Shown: in pieces, positions 16,173 through 25,655 of the stretch | Layout: each line of letters opens with the position of its first letter | How positions within the stretch are numbered: position 1 is the first letter of the stretch | UHGV virus genome: UHGV-0038965 | Strand: one strand, 5' to 3' | DNA length: 27,823 bases | Origin: a virus | The notes under the pieces: model-generated | Told to the model about the DNA's origin: nothing | Seen by the model: the letters and a program-made list of their open reading frames with translations, nothing else | Databases searched by the model: none | Made by a program: the position numbers and the translations under genes

Positions 16173-16620
16173 ATGCGTGATATTCAGATGGTTCTTGAGC
16201 GTTGGGGAGCGTGGGCGGCTAATAATCATGAAGATGTGACCTGGTCGTCCATTGCCGCCGGTTTTAAGGGATTAATTCCTTCAAAAGTAAAATCTCGCCC
16301 ACAATGTTGTGACGATGACGCGATGATCATTTGCGGGTGCATGGNNNNNNNNNNAATCTCGCCCACAATGTTGTGACGATGACGCGATGATCATTTGCGG
16401 GTGCATGGCCCGTCTGAAAAAGAACAACAGCGATTTGCACGATTTATTAGTAGATTATTATGTAGTCGGTATGACATTCATGTCACTGGCAGGTAAGCAT
16501 TGCTGCTCTGATGGTTATATCGGGAAAAGGTTACAAAAGGCTGAGGGCATAATTGAAGGGATGTTAATGGCATTAGATATCCGGTTAGAGATGGATATCG
16601 TTGTTAATAACTCTAATTAA
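16173..16620 (+). CDS. Q: Late antiterminator Q (phage 82 / DLP12 QuuD type); the reading frame is interrupted by an assembly gap
   Basis: [31 protein letters not shown]...[20 protein letters not shown]...[14 protein letters not shown]. The two track ORFs (16158-16376 and 16387-16620) are halves of one gene split by a 10-N gap with duplicated flanks. Confidence 0.85.
16345..16354. other. Scaffold gap (10 N) flanked by an identical 54-bp direct duplication (16291-16344 and 16355-16408)
   Basis: The N run is visible in the sequence, and the same 54 bp occurs on both sides of it. Removing one copy plus the Ns restores an intact Q frame. Confidence 0.9.
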
Positions 16621-16648
16621 TACGCCAATTATTTACTAAAAGTTATTA

Positions 16649-16800
16649 AAAATGGGGCGTTGAAACGCCCCCAAAAATAAAGGGTAATATATAACAGAAG
16701 GTTTGTATAGTTAGAAGCAAGGTTGTGCTTCTAAAGGAAGTGGCTTGAGGGAGCCACTTATATGTTGGGGAGGCAAAGCCTCCCACAACATATCTTTTAG
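16649..16800. terminator. Cluster of four hairpins between convergent Q and the porin gene (bidirectional terminators)
   Basis: ggggcg-ttgaaa-cgcccc flanked by A and T runs; ttagaagca-aggttg-tgcttctaa; aagtggct-tgaggg-agccactt; atatgttgggagg-caaag-cctcccacaacatat followed by cttttag. Confidence 0.6.
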
Positions 16801-16808
16801 TAATCAAA

Positions 16809-17891
16809 TTAGAACTGGTAAACCATACCTACAGCAACGATATCATCGGTAGCAACGCCAGATGCTTTCGTGAAATCGCTCTTATCAATCAGGTTGATTT
16901 TGTAGTCAACAAAAGTGGACATATTTTTGTTGAAGTAATAGGTTGCACCTACATCAACATATTCAACCAGGTCCTGATCACCCCAAACACCCAAGTCTTT
17001 TCCTTTAGAATGCAGGTAAGCAACGGATGGACGCAGGCCGAAGTCGAACTGATATTGTGCAACAGCTTCGAAGTTTTGTGCTTTGTTGGCAATATGGTTA
17101 TTACCAAAAACAGTCATGTTCTGGGTTTCAGAATAGGTGGTGGCCAGATAGATGTTGTTCGCATCATATTTCAGACCAGCTGCCCATACTTCAGCATTTT
17201 GACCAGAAGCATTCAGACCGTTGTTACCGTAGATAACCTGATTATTAGTGCGATCAGATTTAGCATAGGTTGCACCCACGCCGAATCCTTCATACTCATA
17301 AGTAGTTGAGAAACCGAAACCATCGCCATTAGCTTCAGTTACTTCATTTCGGTCATTTTTGCCCTGATACTGAGCTGCAAAGTTCAGGCCATCAACCAGA
17401 CCAAAGAAGTCGTTGTTACGATAAGTTGCAACACCTGTGGTGCGACCAGTCATGAATACATCTGTTTGGGTCCAGGTATCGCCACCGAATTCTGGCAGAA
17501 CGTCAGTCCACGCACCGATGTCGTATGCTACACCGTAGTTACGGCCGTAATCGATTGAGCCGTAGTCACCGAATTTCAGGCCTGCAAATGCAAGACGGGT
17601 TTTGTCTTTGGAGGAACCTTGAGATTCAGCGCGGTTGCCTTTGAATTCATATTCCCACTGACCGAAACCAGTCAGTTGATCGTTGATTTGGGTTTCACCT
17701 TTGAAGCCAAGACGGGCATAAGTAGTATCACCATCATCTGCATCATTAGAGGAGAAGTAGTGCTTAGCATTAACTTTCCCGTACAGATCCAGCTTGTTAC
17801 TGTCTTTATTATAAATTTCAGCTGCCTGAGCAGACATCGCCATCAGTACTGATGCAGCTACAGCAGAAATTGCCACTGTTAATTTTTTCAT
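16809..17891 (-). CDS. nmpC: Outer-membrane general porin of the OmpC/NmpC/Lc family (360 aa), lysogenic-conversion moron
   Basis: Signal peptide [23 protein letters not shown], a C-terminal ...VGMVYQF beta-barrel terminal motif, and overall similarity to enterobacterial porins. Lies opposite in orientation between Q and the lysis genes, as in DLP12 and PA-2. Confidence 0.92.
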   Translation of the reverse strand: MKKLTVAISAVAASVLMAMSAQAAEIYNKDSNKLDLYGKVNAKHYFSSNDADDGDTTYARLGFKGETQINDQLTGFGQWEYEFKGNRAESQGSSKDKTRLAFAGLKFGDYGSIDYGRNYGVAYDIGAWTDVLPEFGGDTWTQTDVFMTGRTTGVATYRNNDFFGLVDGLNFAAQYQGKNDRNEVTEANGDGFGFSTTYEYEGFGVGATYAKSDRTNNQVIYGNNGLNASGQNAEVWAAGLKYDANNIYLATTYSETQNMTVFGNNHIANKAQNFEAVAQYQFDFGLRPSVAYLHSKGKDLGVWGDQDLVEYVDVGATYYFNKNMSTFVDYKINLIDKSDFTKASGVATDDIVAVGMVYQF

Positions 17892-18254
17892 CGTGAGCCC
17901 TTTTTTTTGAACTATTATTAAAAAATGATGTCACTGCGCGATAAATATTCATCTAATCAATATGATTATTTCAAGATGTAAGTTTTGGTTTCTCGTTTGA
18001 TTTGTGAAGTAGATCTCTATTTTTATCTGAACTTTTTCTATCGAATCCTATTCATGGCTCTTGGCTGAATAAAAATAAATCTATTAGCCAATTTATATTA
18101 ACGGTTGTTATTTATAAGTGCTCTATGATTTGAAGGTTCAATTTAAATCGGCTAAAAATAACACTGGGAATTATTTGTTGGTTATTTGTTGAGATTTGCT
18201 TATGTATTTGTGGTGGTGTTTTCAATACTCGGTAGCATTCTCGCAAATATCATT

Positions 18255-18300
18255 TAGTGGTTTACGTACGTAAAAAATTGGTTATGCTGTTAAGAGTGGT
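18255..18300 (+). promoter_or_regulatory. Putative late promoter pR' and qut region
   Basis: Position between the porin gene and the holin, with a TATGCT -10-like hexamer about 30 nt upstream of the hairpin terminator. Weakly supported. Confidence 0.3.
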
Positions 18301-18318
18301 TACTTCGTCACACAGCTT

Positions 18319-18351
18319 AAACCCGCCGTCGAGTGGGTTTTTCCATTTTTT
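18319..18351 (+). terminator. tR'-like rho-independent terminator upstream of the lysis cassette
   Basis: aaacccgccgtcgagtgggttttt followed by ccatttttt. Confidence 0.6.
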
Positions 18352-18463
18352 GAGTCTCGATATTAGCTGATAACCCAATACCTGAGTTATTCACTGACTC
18401 CGAGTCTGTTACGTTTCGTAGTATTCCCTCAATTTACACCCGCTTTGTCTGCGAGGTGGGGTT

Positions 18464-18679
18464 ATGAAATCCATGGATAAGTTAACAACGGGTGTCGCCT
18501 ATGGCACCTCAGCAGGTAGTGCCGGTTACTGGTTTTTACAGCTGCTCGATAAAGTCACGCCCTCACAGTGGGCAGCAATAGGTGTGCTGGGTAGCCTGGT
18601 ATTTGGCCTGCTGACGTACCTGACAAACCTTTATTTCAAGATTAAAGAAGATAAGCGCAAGGCTGCGAGAGGTGAATAA
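18464..18679 (+). CDS. S: Class II holin (phage-21 S / EssD type, pinholin), 71 aa
   Basis: [71 protein letters not shown]: two TM helices and a charged C-terminus; resembles S21 from memory. Confidence 0.92.
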
Positions 18680-19176
18680 TGCCTCCATCATTACGAAAAG
18701 CCGTTGCTGCTGCTATTGGTGGCGGAGCAATTGCTATAGCATCAGTGTTAATCACTGGCCCAAGTGGTAACGATGGTCTGGAAGGTGTCAGCTACATACC
18801 ATACAAAGATATTGTTGGTGTATGGACTGTATGTCACGGGCATACAGGAAAAGACATCATGCTCGGTAAAACGTATACCAAAGCAGAATGCAAAGCCCTC
18901 CTGAATAAAGACCTTGCCACGGTCGCCAGACAAATTAACCCGTACATAAAAGTTGATATACCGGAAACAACGCGCGGCGCTCTTTACTTGTTCGTTTACA
19001 ACGTGGGCGCTGGCAATTTCAGAACATCGACGCTTCTTCGCAAAATAAACCAGGGCGATATCAAAGGCGCATGTGATCAGCTACGTCGCTGGACATATGC
19101 TGGCGGTAAGCAATGGAAAGGTCTCATGACTCGTCGTGAGATTGAGCGTGAAATCTGTTTGTGGGGTCAGCAATGA
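18679..19176 (+). CDS. R: SAR endolysin (lysozyme, phage-21 R type), 165 aa
   Basis: N-terminal signal-anchor-release segment ([20 protein letters not shown]) followed by a T4-lysozyme-like catalytic region; immediately after the holin. Confidence 0.92.
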   Translation: MPPSLRKAVAAAIGGGAIAIASVLITGPSGNDGLEGVSYIPYKDIVGVWTVCHGHTGKDIMLGKTYTKAECKALLNKDLATVARQINPYIKVDIPETTRGALYLFVYNVGAGNFRTSTLLRKINQGDIKGACDQLRRWTYAGGKQWKGLMTRREIEREICLWGQQ

Positions 19177-19637
19177 ACAGAGTAACCGCGATTATCTCCG
19201 CTCTGGTTATCTGCATCATCGTTTGCCTGTCATGGGCTGTTAATCATTACCGTGATAACGCCATCGCCTACAAAGAACAGCGCGACAAAAATGCCAGAGA
19301 ACTGAAGCTGGCGAACGCGGCAATTACTGACATGCAGATGCGTCAGCGTGATGTTGCTGCGCTCGATGCAAAATACACGAAGGAGTTAGCTGATGCGAAA
19401 GCTGAAAATGATGTTCTGCGTGATGATGTTGCCGCTGGTCGTCGTCGGTTGCACATCAAAGCAGTCTGTCAGTCAGTGCGTGAAGCCACCACCGCCTCCG
19501 GCGTGGATAATGCAGCCTCCCCCCGACTGGCAGACACCGCTGAACGGGATTATTTCACCCTCCGGGAACGACTGGTAATGATGCAGGCCCAACTTGAAGG
19601 TGCTCAGCAATACATAACCGAGCAGTGTTTAAAGTAA
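19173..19637 (+). CDS. Rz: Rz i-spanin (about 154 aa)
   Basis: N-terminal TM helix and coiled-coil periplasmic region; the C-terminal sequence resembles lambda Rz. The track ORF starts at 19161; MNRVTAI at 19173 is preferred. Confidence 0.88.
   Translation: MNRVTAIISALVICIIVCLSWAVNHYRDNAIAYKEQRDKNARELKLANAAITDMQMRQRDVAALDAKYTKELADAKAENDVLRDDVAAGRRRLHIKAVCQSVREATTASGVDNAASPRLADTAERDYFTLRERLVMMQAQLEGAQQYITEQCLK
19393..19578 (+). CDS. Rz1: Rz1 o-spanin lipoprotein embedded in Rz in the +1 frame (61 aa)
   Basis: Lipobox LVVVGC followed by a proline-rich mature region ([21 protein letters not shown]), as in lambda Rz1. Confidence 0.88.
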   Translation: MRKLKMMFCVMMLPLVVVGCTSKQSVSQCVKPPPPPAWIMQPPPDWQTPLNGIISPSGNDW

Positions 19638-19756
19638 AATCTTAACTACAATATGATTCATTTTGATGATTGTTTCATAAGGAACAGTGAAGTAAGATCT
19701 AAGAGGAGTTAAATTTTATACAGTATAATCATAATATTGCAGCAAGGTGGTTATAA

Positions 19757-21232
19757 TTGAAAGAATATTTAGATATGAATACATCTCATGTAAGAGTTGT
19801 TACTCATATGTGTGGGTTCCTGGTTTGGCTCTATAGTCTTTCAATGTTGCCACCAATGGTTGTAGCATTGTTTTATAAAGAAAAAAGCCTGTTCGTTTTC
19901 TTTATAACTTTCGTTATATTTTTTTGCATTGGTGGCGGAGCGTGGTATACAACTAAGAAATCTGGCATTCAATTACGTACCCGTGATGGGTTTATTATAA
20001 TTGTAATGTTTTGGATTTTGTTTTCTGTTATTAGTGCATTCCCTTTATGGATTGACTCAGAACTTAATTTAACGTTCATTGATGCTCTGTTTGAAGGGGT
20101 TTCTGGAATAACAACAACAGGAGCAACTGTAATTGATGATGTTAGTTCATTACCTCGGGCATATTTGTACTATCGGTCACAGTTAAATTTTATAGGTGGT
20201 TTAGGAGTTATTGTTCTGGCGGTTGCTGTATTGCCATTATTGGGTATTGGTGGTGCAAAGCTTTATCAGTCAGAAATGCCGGGGCCATTTAAGGATGACA
20301 AACTCACTCCCCGCCTGGCCGATACGTCACGGACACTGTGGATAACTTATTCTTTATTAGGTATTGCTTGTATTGTCTGTTATAGACTTGCAGGAATGCC
20401 TTTGTTTGATGCTATTTGTCACGGGATTTCCACAGTTTCGCTTGGTGGTTTCTCAACTCATAGCGAGAGTATCGGATATTTTAATAACTATTTGGTTGAG
20501 CTGGTGGCTGGTTCTTTTTCCCTGCTATCGGCTTTCAACTTCACTCTTTGGTATATTGTTATTAGCAGGAAAACGATAAAACCTTTAATCAGAGATATTG
20601 AACTTCGTTTCTTTCTGTTAATAGCCTTAGGGGTGATCATTGTTACCTCTTTCCAGGTCTGGCATATAGGTATGTATGACTTGCATGGAAGTTTTATTCA
20701 TTCGTTTTTTCTTGCCAGCTCCATGCTCACTGATAATGGTTTAGCTACGCAGGATTATGCAAGTTGGCCCACGCACACGATAGTGTTTTTGCTGTTGTCA
20801 AGTTTCTTTGGGGGATGTATAGGTTCAACTTGTGGTGGAATTAAGTCACTTCGATTTCTTATACTTTTCAAACAAAGCAAACACGAGATAAATCAGCTTT
20901 CTCATCCCAGAGCGTTGTTGAGTGTAAATGTAGGAGGGAAGATAGTTACAGATCGTGTAATGAGGTCTGTATGGAGTTTCTTTTTTCTTTATACTCTCTT
21001 CACGGTGTTTTTTATACTGGTGTTAAATGGTATGGGATATGATTTTCTTACATCATTTGCAACAGTGGCTGCATGTATTAATAATATGGGATTAGGTTTT
21101 GGGGCTACTGCATCGTCATTCGGAGTGCTTAATGACATTGCAAAATGTTTAATGTGCATAGCTATGATTCTTGGTCGCCTTGAAATTTATCCTGTTATTA
21201 TATTGTTTTCAGGTTTTTTTTGGCGCTCCTAA
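19757..21232 (+). CDS. trkG: TrkH/TrkG-family potassium uptake membrane protein (491 aa), moron
   Basis: Polytopic membrane protein with repeated GxG selectivity-filter-like segments (GITTTGATV, GIGGAK, GGFSTH, GSTCGGIK). Strongly AT-rich. Lies after Rz, where the Rac prophage has trkG. Confidence 0.85.
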   Translation: MKEYLDMNTSHVRVVTHMCGFLVWLYSLSMLPPMVVALFYKEKSLFVFFITFVIFFCIGGGAWYTTKKSGIQLRTRDGFIIIVMFWILFSVISAFPLWIDSELNLTFIDALFEGVSGITTTGATVIDDVSSLPRAYLYYRSQLNFIGGLGVIVLAVAVLPLLGIGGAKLYQSEMPGPFKDDKLTPRLADTSRTLWITYSLLGIACIVCYRLAGMPLFDAICHGISTVSLGGFSTHSESIGYFNNYLVELVAGSFSLLSAFNFTLWYIVISRKTIKPLIRDIELRFFLLIALGVIIVTSFQVWHIGMYDLHGSFIHSFFLASSMLTDNGLATQDYASWPTHTIVFLLLSSFFGGCIGSTCGGIKSLRFLILFKQSKHEINQLSHPRALLSVNVGGKIVTDRVMRSVWSFFFLYTLFTVFFILVLNGMGYDFLTSFATVAACINNMGLGFGATASSFGVLNDIAKCLMCIAMILGRLEIYPVIILFSGFFWRS

Positions 21233-21369
21233 TATATGGCTGATTTATAATTGTGAGTTTAATATTATGTTGACTCACTCATTGATCCAATACCTAACTT
21301 TACCAGCAACCCCTCCGTCCCCAGTAGCACTGGCTGCTGGGGTGCGTTTTATTCATAAAGCAAGGCTGT

Positions 21370-22161
21370 ATGAGCGAGAAATTAAAGATAGTCTATCGCC
21401 CATTACAAGAATTGTCACCGTATGCGCACAACGCCAGGACGCACAGCCCTGAGCAGGTGGCACAACTGGTAGAAAGTATTAAGCAATTCGGCTGGACTAA
21501 TCCGGTGCTGATTGACGAAAAGGGCGAAATTATTGCGGGTCACGGTCGTGTTATGGCGGCTGAAATGCTCAAAATGGATTCTGTTCCGGTCATTGTTCTG
21601 TCTGGCCTGACGGATGAGCAGAAAAAGGCGTACCGCCTGGCAGATAATCGCCTGCCGATGAATGCTGGCTGGGATGAAGATCTGTTGCGGATGGAGCTGT
21701 CGGACCTAATCAATGCTGATTTTGATGTCTCCCTGACAGGCTTCATCCCGACAGAAATTGATGAACTGTTGACGGATGTTTTGCCCGGTACAGGAAATGA
21801 GGAGGAGCCGTATACGACGAAAATTGATACGCCTGTTTATGAGCCGTCGGGCGGTAAACCGGATATCAGTGAACTGTACGACGATACGAAAACTCAGGAG
21901 CTGATCAGCCGGATACGTTCGGCGTCCCTTGAGCCTGATATTGAGAAATTCCTCCTGTGTGCGGCAGAACGTCACACGGTGTTTAATTTCAGCAGAATTG
22001 CGGACTATTACGCTCACGCCCCCTCTGAAATTCAGTGTTTTTTCGAGGAGTCGGCGCTGGTGATCATTGATTATCAGCAGGCTATTGAAAATGGATTTGT
22101 CCGGATGACGCAGCGCATGGTGGAGATCATGCATGGTGGTGAGGAGGAGGAATATGCGTGA
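21370..22161 (+). CDS. ParB/Srx N-terminal-domain protein (ParB-like nuclease/NTPase fold), 263 aa
   Basis: IIAGHGRVMAA matches the ParB GxxRxxA motif; an acidic C-terminal region follows. The stop overlaps the next gene by 8 bp. Confidence 0.75.
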   Translation: MSEKLKIVYRPLQELSPYAHNARTHSPEQVAQLVESIKQFGWTNPVLIDEKGEIIAGHGRVMAAEMLKMDSVPVIVLSGLTDEQKKAYRLADNRLPMNAGWDEDLLRMELSDLINADFDVSLTGFIPTEIDELLTDVLPGTGNEEEPYTTKIDTPVYEPSGGKPDISELYDDTKTQELISRIRSASLEPDIEKFLLCAAERHTVFNFSRIADYYAHAPSEIQCFFEESALVIIDYQQAIENGFVRMTQRMVEIMHGGEEEEYA

Positions 22162-23086
22162 TGATTTTTGCGCCTTTATTCTGACTCACGGGCGACCGGA
22201 CAAAGTTCTGACTTACCGGACGTTGCGTCGTGCTGGCTATACCGGGAAAATTTTTATCGTTGTTGATGATGAAGATAAGACACGGAATCAGTACATGGCT
22301 GAATTTGGTGAACAGGTGCTGGTGTTTTCCAAAGCCGATATCGCCAGTCGTTTTGACGAAGCCGATAATTTCTGTGACCGCCGCTCAATTTTTTACGCCC
22401 GTAATGCCTGTTTCGACCTGGCAAAACTGGTCGGGTGTAAATACTTCATTCAGCTCGATGATGATTATCACGAGTTCCAGTTTCGGGTGGATCGCAACTA
22501 TGACCAGGCCTATTTTCCGATAAGGAAACTGGATGCGATCCTTTCTGAAATGCTGGCGTACTACGAATCAATACCTGCTCTTTCCATCGCTATGTCGCAG
22601 GGCGGGGATTTTCTTGGTGACAATGGCGGCCATGCTTCGTGGGTGAAACGCAAGGCAATGAACAGCTTTATCTGTTCGGTTGATCGACCGTTCTCATTCA
22701 TGGGGCGCATTAACGAGGATGTGAATACGTACACGAATCTCGGTCGCTGTGGTGAATTGTTTATGACGATCGGTGCTGTCCAGTTAGGGCAGAAACAGAC
22801 GCAGAAAAACAGCGGCGGAATGACCGAGCTGTATCTGGATTCCGGAACCTACGTTAAAAGTTTTTACTCCGTCATGTATGCGCCGTCGTGCGTAAAAATC
22901 TCACTGATGGGTGCCAGCCATAAACGCATTCACCATCAGGTCACCTGGAACAACGCTGCAGTAAAAATCCTTCACGAAAAATACAGGAAGAAGACACCCT
23001 GCATATCAATGGGGATGACAAATGATTCCGTATTCGAAAGTCGAGTCTCTGGCAGCGTGCCGGATGACTGCACAACAAATCGCTGA
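22154..23086 (+). CDS. Hypothetical protein with GT-A-like features (putative nucleotide-sugar transferase), about 310 aa
   Basis: The N-terminal strand-helix-strand pattern ends in FIVVDDED, and a DXD-like motif sits in YFIQLDDDY. SD GAGGAGGAGG precedes the ATG at 22154 (the track ORF starts at 22133). Fold assignment is an inference from motifs only. Confidence 0.55.
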   Translation: MRDDFCAFILTHGRPDKVLTYRTLRRAGYTGKIFIVVDDEDKTRNQYMAEFGEQVLVFSKADIASRFDEADNFCDRRSIFYARNACFDLAKLVGCKYFIQLDDDYHEFQFRVDRNYDQAYFPIRKLDAILSEMLAYYESIPALSIAMSQGGDFLGDNGGHASWVKRKAMNSFICSVDRPFSFMGRINEDVNTYTNLGRCGELFMTIGAVQLGQKQTQKNSGGMTELYLDSGTYVKSFYSVMYAPSCVKISLMGASHKRIHHQVTWNNAAVKILHEKYRKKTPCISMGMTNDSVFESRVSGSVPDDCTTNR

Positions 23087-23273
23087 CGTTCTGGATGTTG
23101 ATCTGAACCGACTGAAAGAAAATCGGGAAGCAATGACAGATTTTTATGCGGCCATCCGTAAGGGCAGAGCGAAAGGTGAAGCCGAGTTACGAGCGGCATT
23201 GTTTAAGCTTGCCAGAAAAGGGGATGCCTTTGCTCTGCGCGAACTACTCAGGGTGGATAAAAATCAGGACTAA
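23022..23273 (+). CDS. Small hypothetical protein (83 aa or shorter), possibly DNA-binding and terminase-associated
   Basis: ORF directly upstream of terS; its 5' end overlaps the preceding gene, so the true start is probably internal (for example MTAQQIADVL at 23064). Confidence 0.4.
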   Translation: MIPYSKVESLAACRMTAQQIADVLDVDLNRLKENREAMTDFYAAIRKGRAKGEAELRAALFKLARKGDAFALRELLRVDKNQD

Positions 23274-23276
23274 CTG

Positions 23277-24371
23277 ATGAGCAGACCGGACTGGGGGGCG
23301 TTGCAGCAGGAGTATATTGCTGAATACACCCGCTCCGGTATATCTCCGGTGGCATGGTGTGAAGCAAGGGGACTGAATTACGCAACAGCCCGTCGTTACA
23401 TCAAAAAAACTCCGAAAAATGCGCAGACAGAAATGTGCAAAACTGCGCAAAAAAGTGCGCAGAAAAAATCTGCGCAGACTGCACAAAAGCGGAACGAAAA
23501 ATCTCAGGAAAAAAAGCCAGTATTCGATGCGGGCCTGAATGAGGGCGACGCGGAGGAATTTTCGTTCTGTCCCGATGAATTCGGCATTTCTGACCAGCAG
23601 GCTAAGTTTGCGATGCTTGTTGCTCAGGGTAAAAAGCCGACAGAGGCGTACCGACTAGCCGGTTATGAGGGGCAAGGTGCGACAGCTAACAGCAACGCCA
23701 GTCGTATGCTTAGAAATGCCAGGGTTTTTCGCGCTATCAGCTACTTCCGCAATCAGTACCAGAAACGCTATACCGCAGACCTGGATTTACTAGTGAGTCA
23801 GTTGATGGCTATTGTCCTGGCCGACCCCAATCAGCTTGCACAATTTCGCCGTGTTAACTGCCGTTATTGCTGGGGCGAGAATCATCTCTACCAGTGGCGC
23901 GATATAGCAGAATTCGACAAGGCAGCGGCGCAGGCTTCCAGAGATGGCAAACCCGAACCGGAATATGGAGGCCTCGGCTTTGTTGATAACGCCATACCCA
24001 ATCCGGACTGCCCGAAGTGCTGCGGTGAGGGAACGGGACAGCTTTATATGGCTGATACCACTCTGCTTGATGGGGATGCGCGGCAATTATATGCAGGGGC
24101 AAAATTCGGAAAATTCGGCGTTGAGATCCTGCTGGAGGATAAGGCTGCCGCCCGGCGTGAATTGTTGCGTTTGTTTTCTGCTGGCGGGGCTTTATGTGCA
24201 GATAAACGGCTACAGGAACTGGAAATTGAACGGCGCAGAATGGAAAACCAGAAGCTGCGCAAAGAGATCGAAACGGTGGAAGATAATGAACATCCCCAGC
24301 CTGTGGCGATCAATATTAATGTGGTTGATGCCAGAGTAAGGAGTGATGAAGATGATCTCTCCGACGCTTAA
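23277..24371 (+). CDS. terS: Terminase small subunit (N-terminal HTH, KQ-rich linker, Cys-rich zinc-ribbon-like region), 364 aa
   Basis: N-terminal HTH (ISPVAWCEARGLNYATARRYI); a Cys cluster (CRYCWGENH...CPKCCGEG); position immediately upstream of terL. Confidence 0.7.
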   Translation: MSRPDWGALQQEYIAEYTRSGISPVAWCEARGLNYATARRYIKKTPKNAQTEMCKTAQKSAQKKSAQTAQKRNEKSQEKKPVFDAGLNEGDAEEFSFCPDEFGISDQQAKFAMLVAQGKKPTEAYRLAGYEGQGATANSNASRMLRNARVFRAISYFRNQYQKRYTADLDLLVSQLMAIVLADPNQLAQFRRVNCRYCWGENHLYQWRDIAEFDKAAAQASRDGKPEPEYGGLGFVDNAIPNPDCPKCCGEGTGQLYMADTTLLDGDARQLYAGAKFGKFGVEILLEDKAAARRELLRLFSAGGALCADKRLQELEIERRRMENQKLRKEIETVEDNEHPQPVAININVVDARVRSDEDDLSDA

Positions 24372-25653
24372 TGTGCCTCAGGCGCGATTTCTTTCAATGC
24401 CCCATAAATTTAAAGCCTATATTGCTGGTTTTGGCTCGGGCAAAACATGGGTTGGGTGTGGCGGCATATGCAAGGGGATTTGGGAGCATCCAGGTATAAA
24501 TCAGGGATATTTTGCGCCAACGTATCCCCAAATTCGCGATATTTTTTACCCTACAGTGGAAGAAGTTGCTGCTGACTGGGGATTGAACGTAAAAATTAAT
24601 GAGGGAAATAAAGAGGTTCACTTTTATTACGGACGCCAGTATCGGGGAACCACTATCTGCAGATCGATGGAGAAGCCACAAACGATCGTCGGTTTCAAAA
24701 TTGGTAATGCGTTGGTGGATGAACTGGACATTTTGCCGAAGGAAAAAGCCAGAACGGCGTGGCGCAAGATAATTGCACGTATGCGTTATAAGATTGATGG
24801 ACTTCGCAACGGTATTGACGTTACAACCACGCCGGAAGGATTCAAATTTGTCTACGAGCAGTTTGTTAAAGCCGTGCGTGAAAAAACAGAGCTGGCCTCA
24901 CTGTATGGTCTGGTGCAGGCATCTACTTTCGATAATGAAAAGAACCTGCCAGCAGATTACATTCCTTCGCTTCTTGAATCATACCCTCCAGAGCTGATTA
25001 AAGCCTATCTTCGAGGACAGTTTACTAACCTGACAAGTGGTACTGTTTACCATCAGTTTGACCGGAAACTGAATAATTGCGAAGAAGTGGAGCAGCCAGG
25101 GGAGCCGATTTATATTGGGATGGATTTTAACGTTGGAAAGATGGCGGGAATCGTCCATGTGCTGCGTTTGGGGCTTCCATGTGCGGTAACTGAAATCATC
25201 AATGCCTACGATACGCCGGATATGATCCGCATCATTAAAGAACGCTTCTGGCTGTATGATGGGAATGATTACCGGAAAGTGAGGGAAATTTATATTTATC
25301 CAGATGCTTCCGGGGATTCCAGAAAATCAAGTAACGCAAGTACGACGGATATAGCCCAGCTTAAGCAGGCTGGTTTTAACGTTGTGGTGAACAGCTCGAA
25401 CCCGCCAGTAAAAGATCGCGTTAACTCAATGAATGCAATGTTCTGCAATGCCAATGGTGAGCGTCGCTATAAAGTTAATGTGAAGCGTTGCCCGTTATAT
25501 GCCGAATCTCTGGAGCAACAGGTCTGGGATGAGAAGGGGGAGCCTGATAAAAAATCTGGCAATGATCACCCGAATGATGCCGGAGGTTATTTCATCGTTA
25601 AGCAATTCCCTATTGTCAAACCGACCGGAAGAGTCACATCACTTCGGATTTAA
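24343..25653 (+). CDS. terL: Terminase large subunit (436 aa)
   Basis: Walker A-like GFGSGKT near the N-terminus; acidic nuclease-like motifs in the C-terminal part; sits between terS and the portal gene. Confidence 0.85.
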   Translation: MMKMISPTLNVPQARFLSMPHKFKAYIAGFGSGKTWVGCGGICKGIWEHPGINQGYFAPTYPQIRDIFYPTVEEVAADWGLNVKINEGNKEVHFYYGRQYRGTTICRSMEKPQTIVGFKIGNALVDELDILPKEKARTAWRKIIARMRYKIDGLRNGIDVTTTPEGFKFVYEQFVKAVREKTELASLYGLVQASTFDNEKNLPADYIPSLLESYPPELIKAYLRGQFTNLTSGTVYHQFDRKLNNCEEVEQPGEPIYIGMDFNVGKMAGIVHVLRLGLPCAVTEIINAYDTPDMIRIIKERFWLYDGNDYRKVREIYIYPDASGDSRKSSNASTTDIAQLKQAGFNVVVNSSNPPVKDRVNSMNAMFCNANGERRYKVNVKRCPLYAESLEQQVWDEKGEPDKKSGNDHPNDAGGYFIVKQFPIVKPTGRVTSLRI

Positions 25654-25655
25654 TT

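Noticed and set aside
16345-16354. The N run and split Q as a biological insertion or pseudogene
   Set aside because: The exact 54-bp duplication on either side of the Ns is the signature of a scaffold join; Q is intact once it is collapsed.
19757-21232. trkG-like gene as host chromosome marking the prophage end
   Set aside because: Phage packaging genes continue downstream and the lysis genes lie upstream, so the gene is internal to the prophage.
23441-23500. Short tgcgca-containing direct repeats in terS
   Set aside because: They encode the low-complexity KTAQK/SAQK linker of the small terminase; too short and irregular to be a regulatory array.
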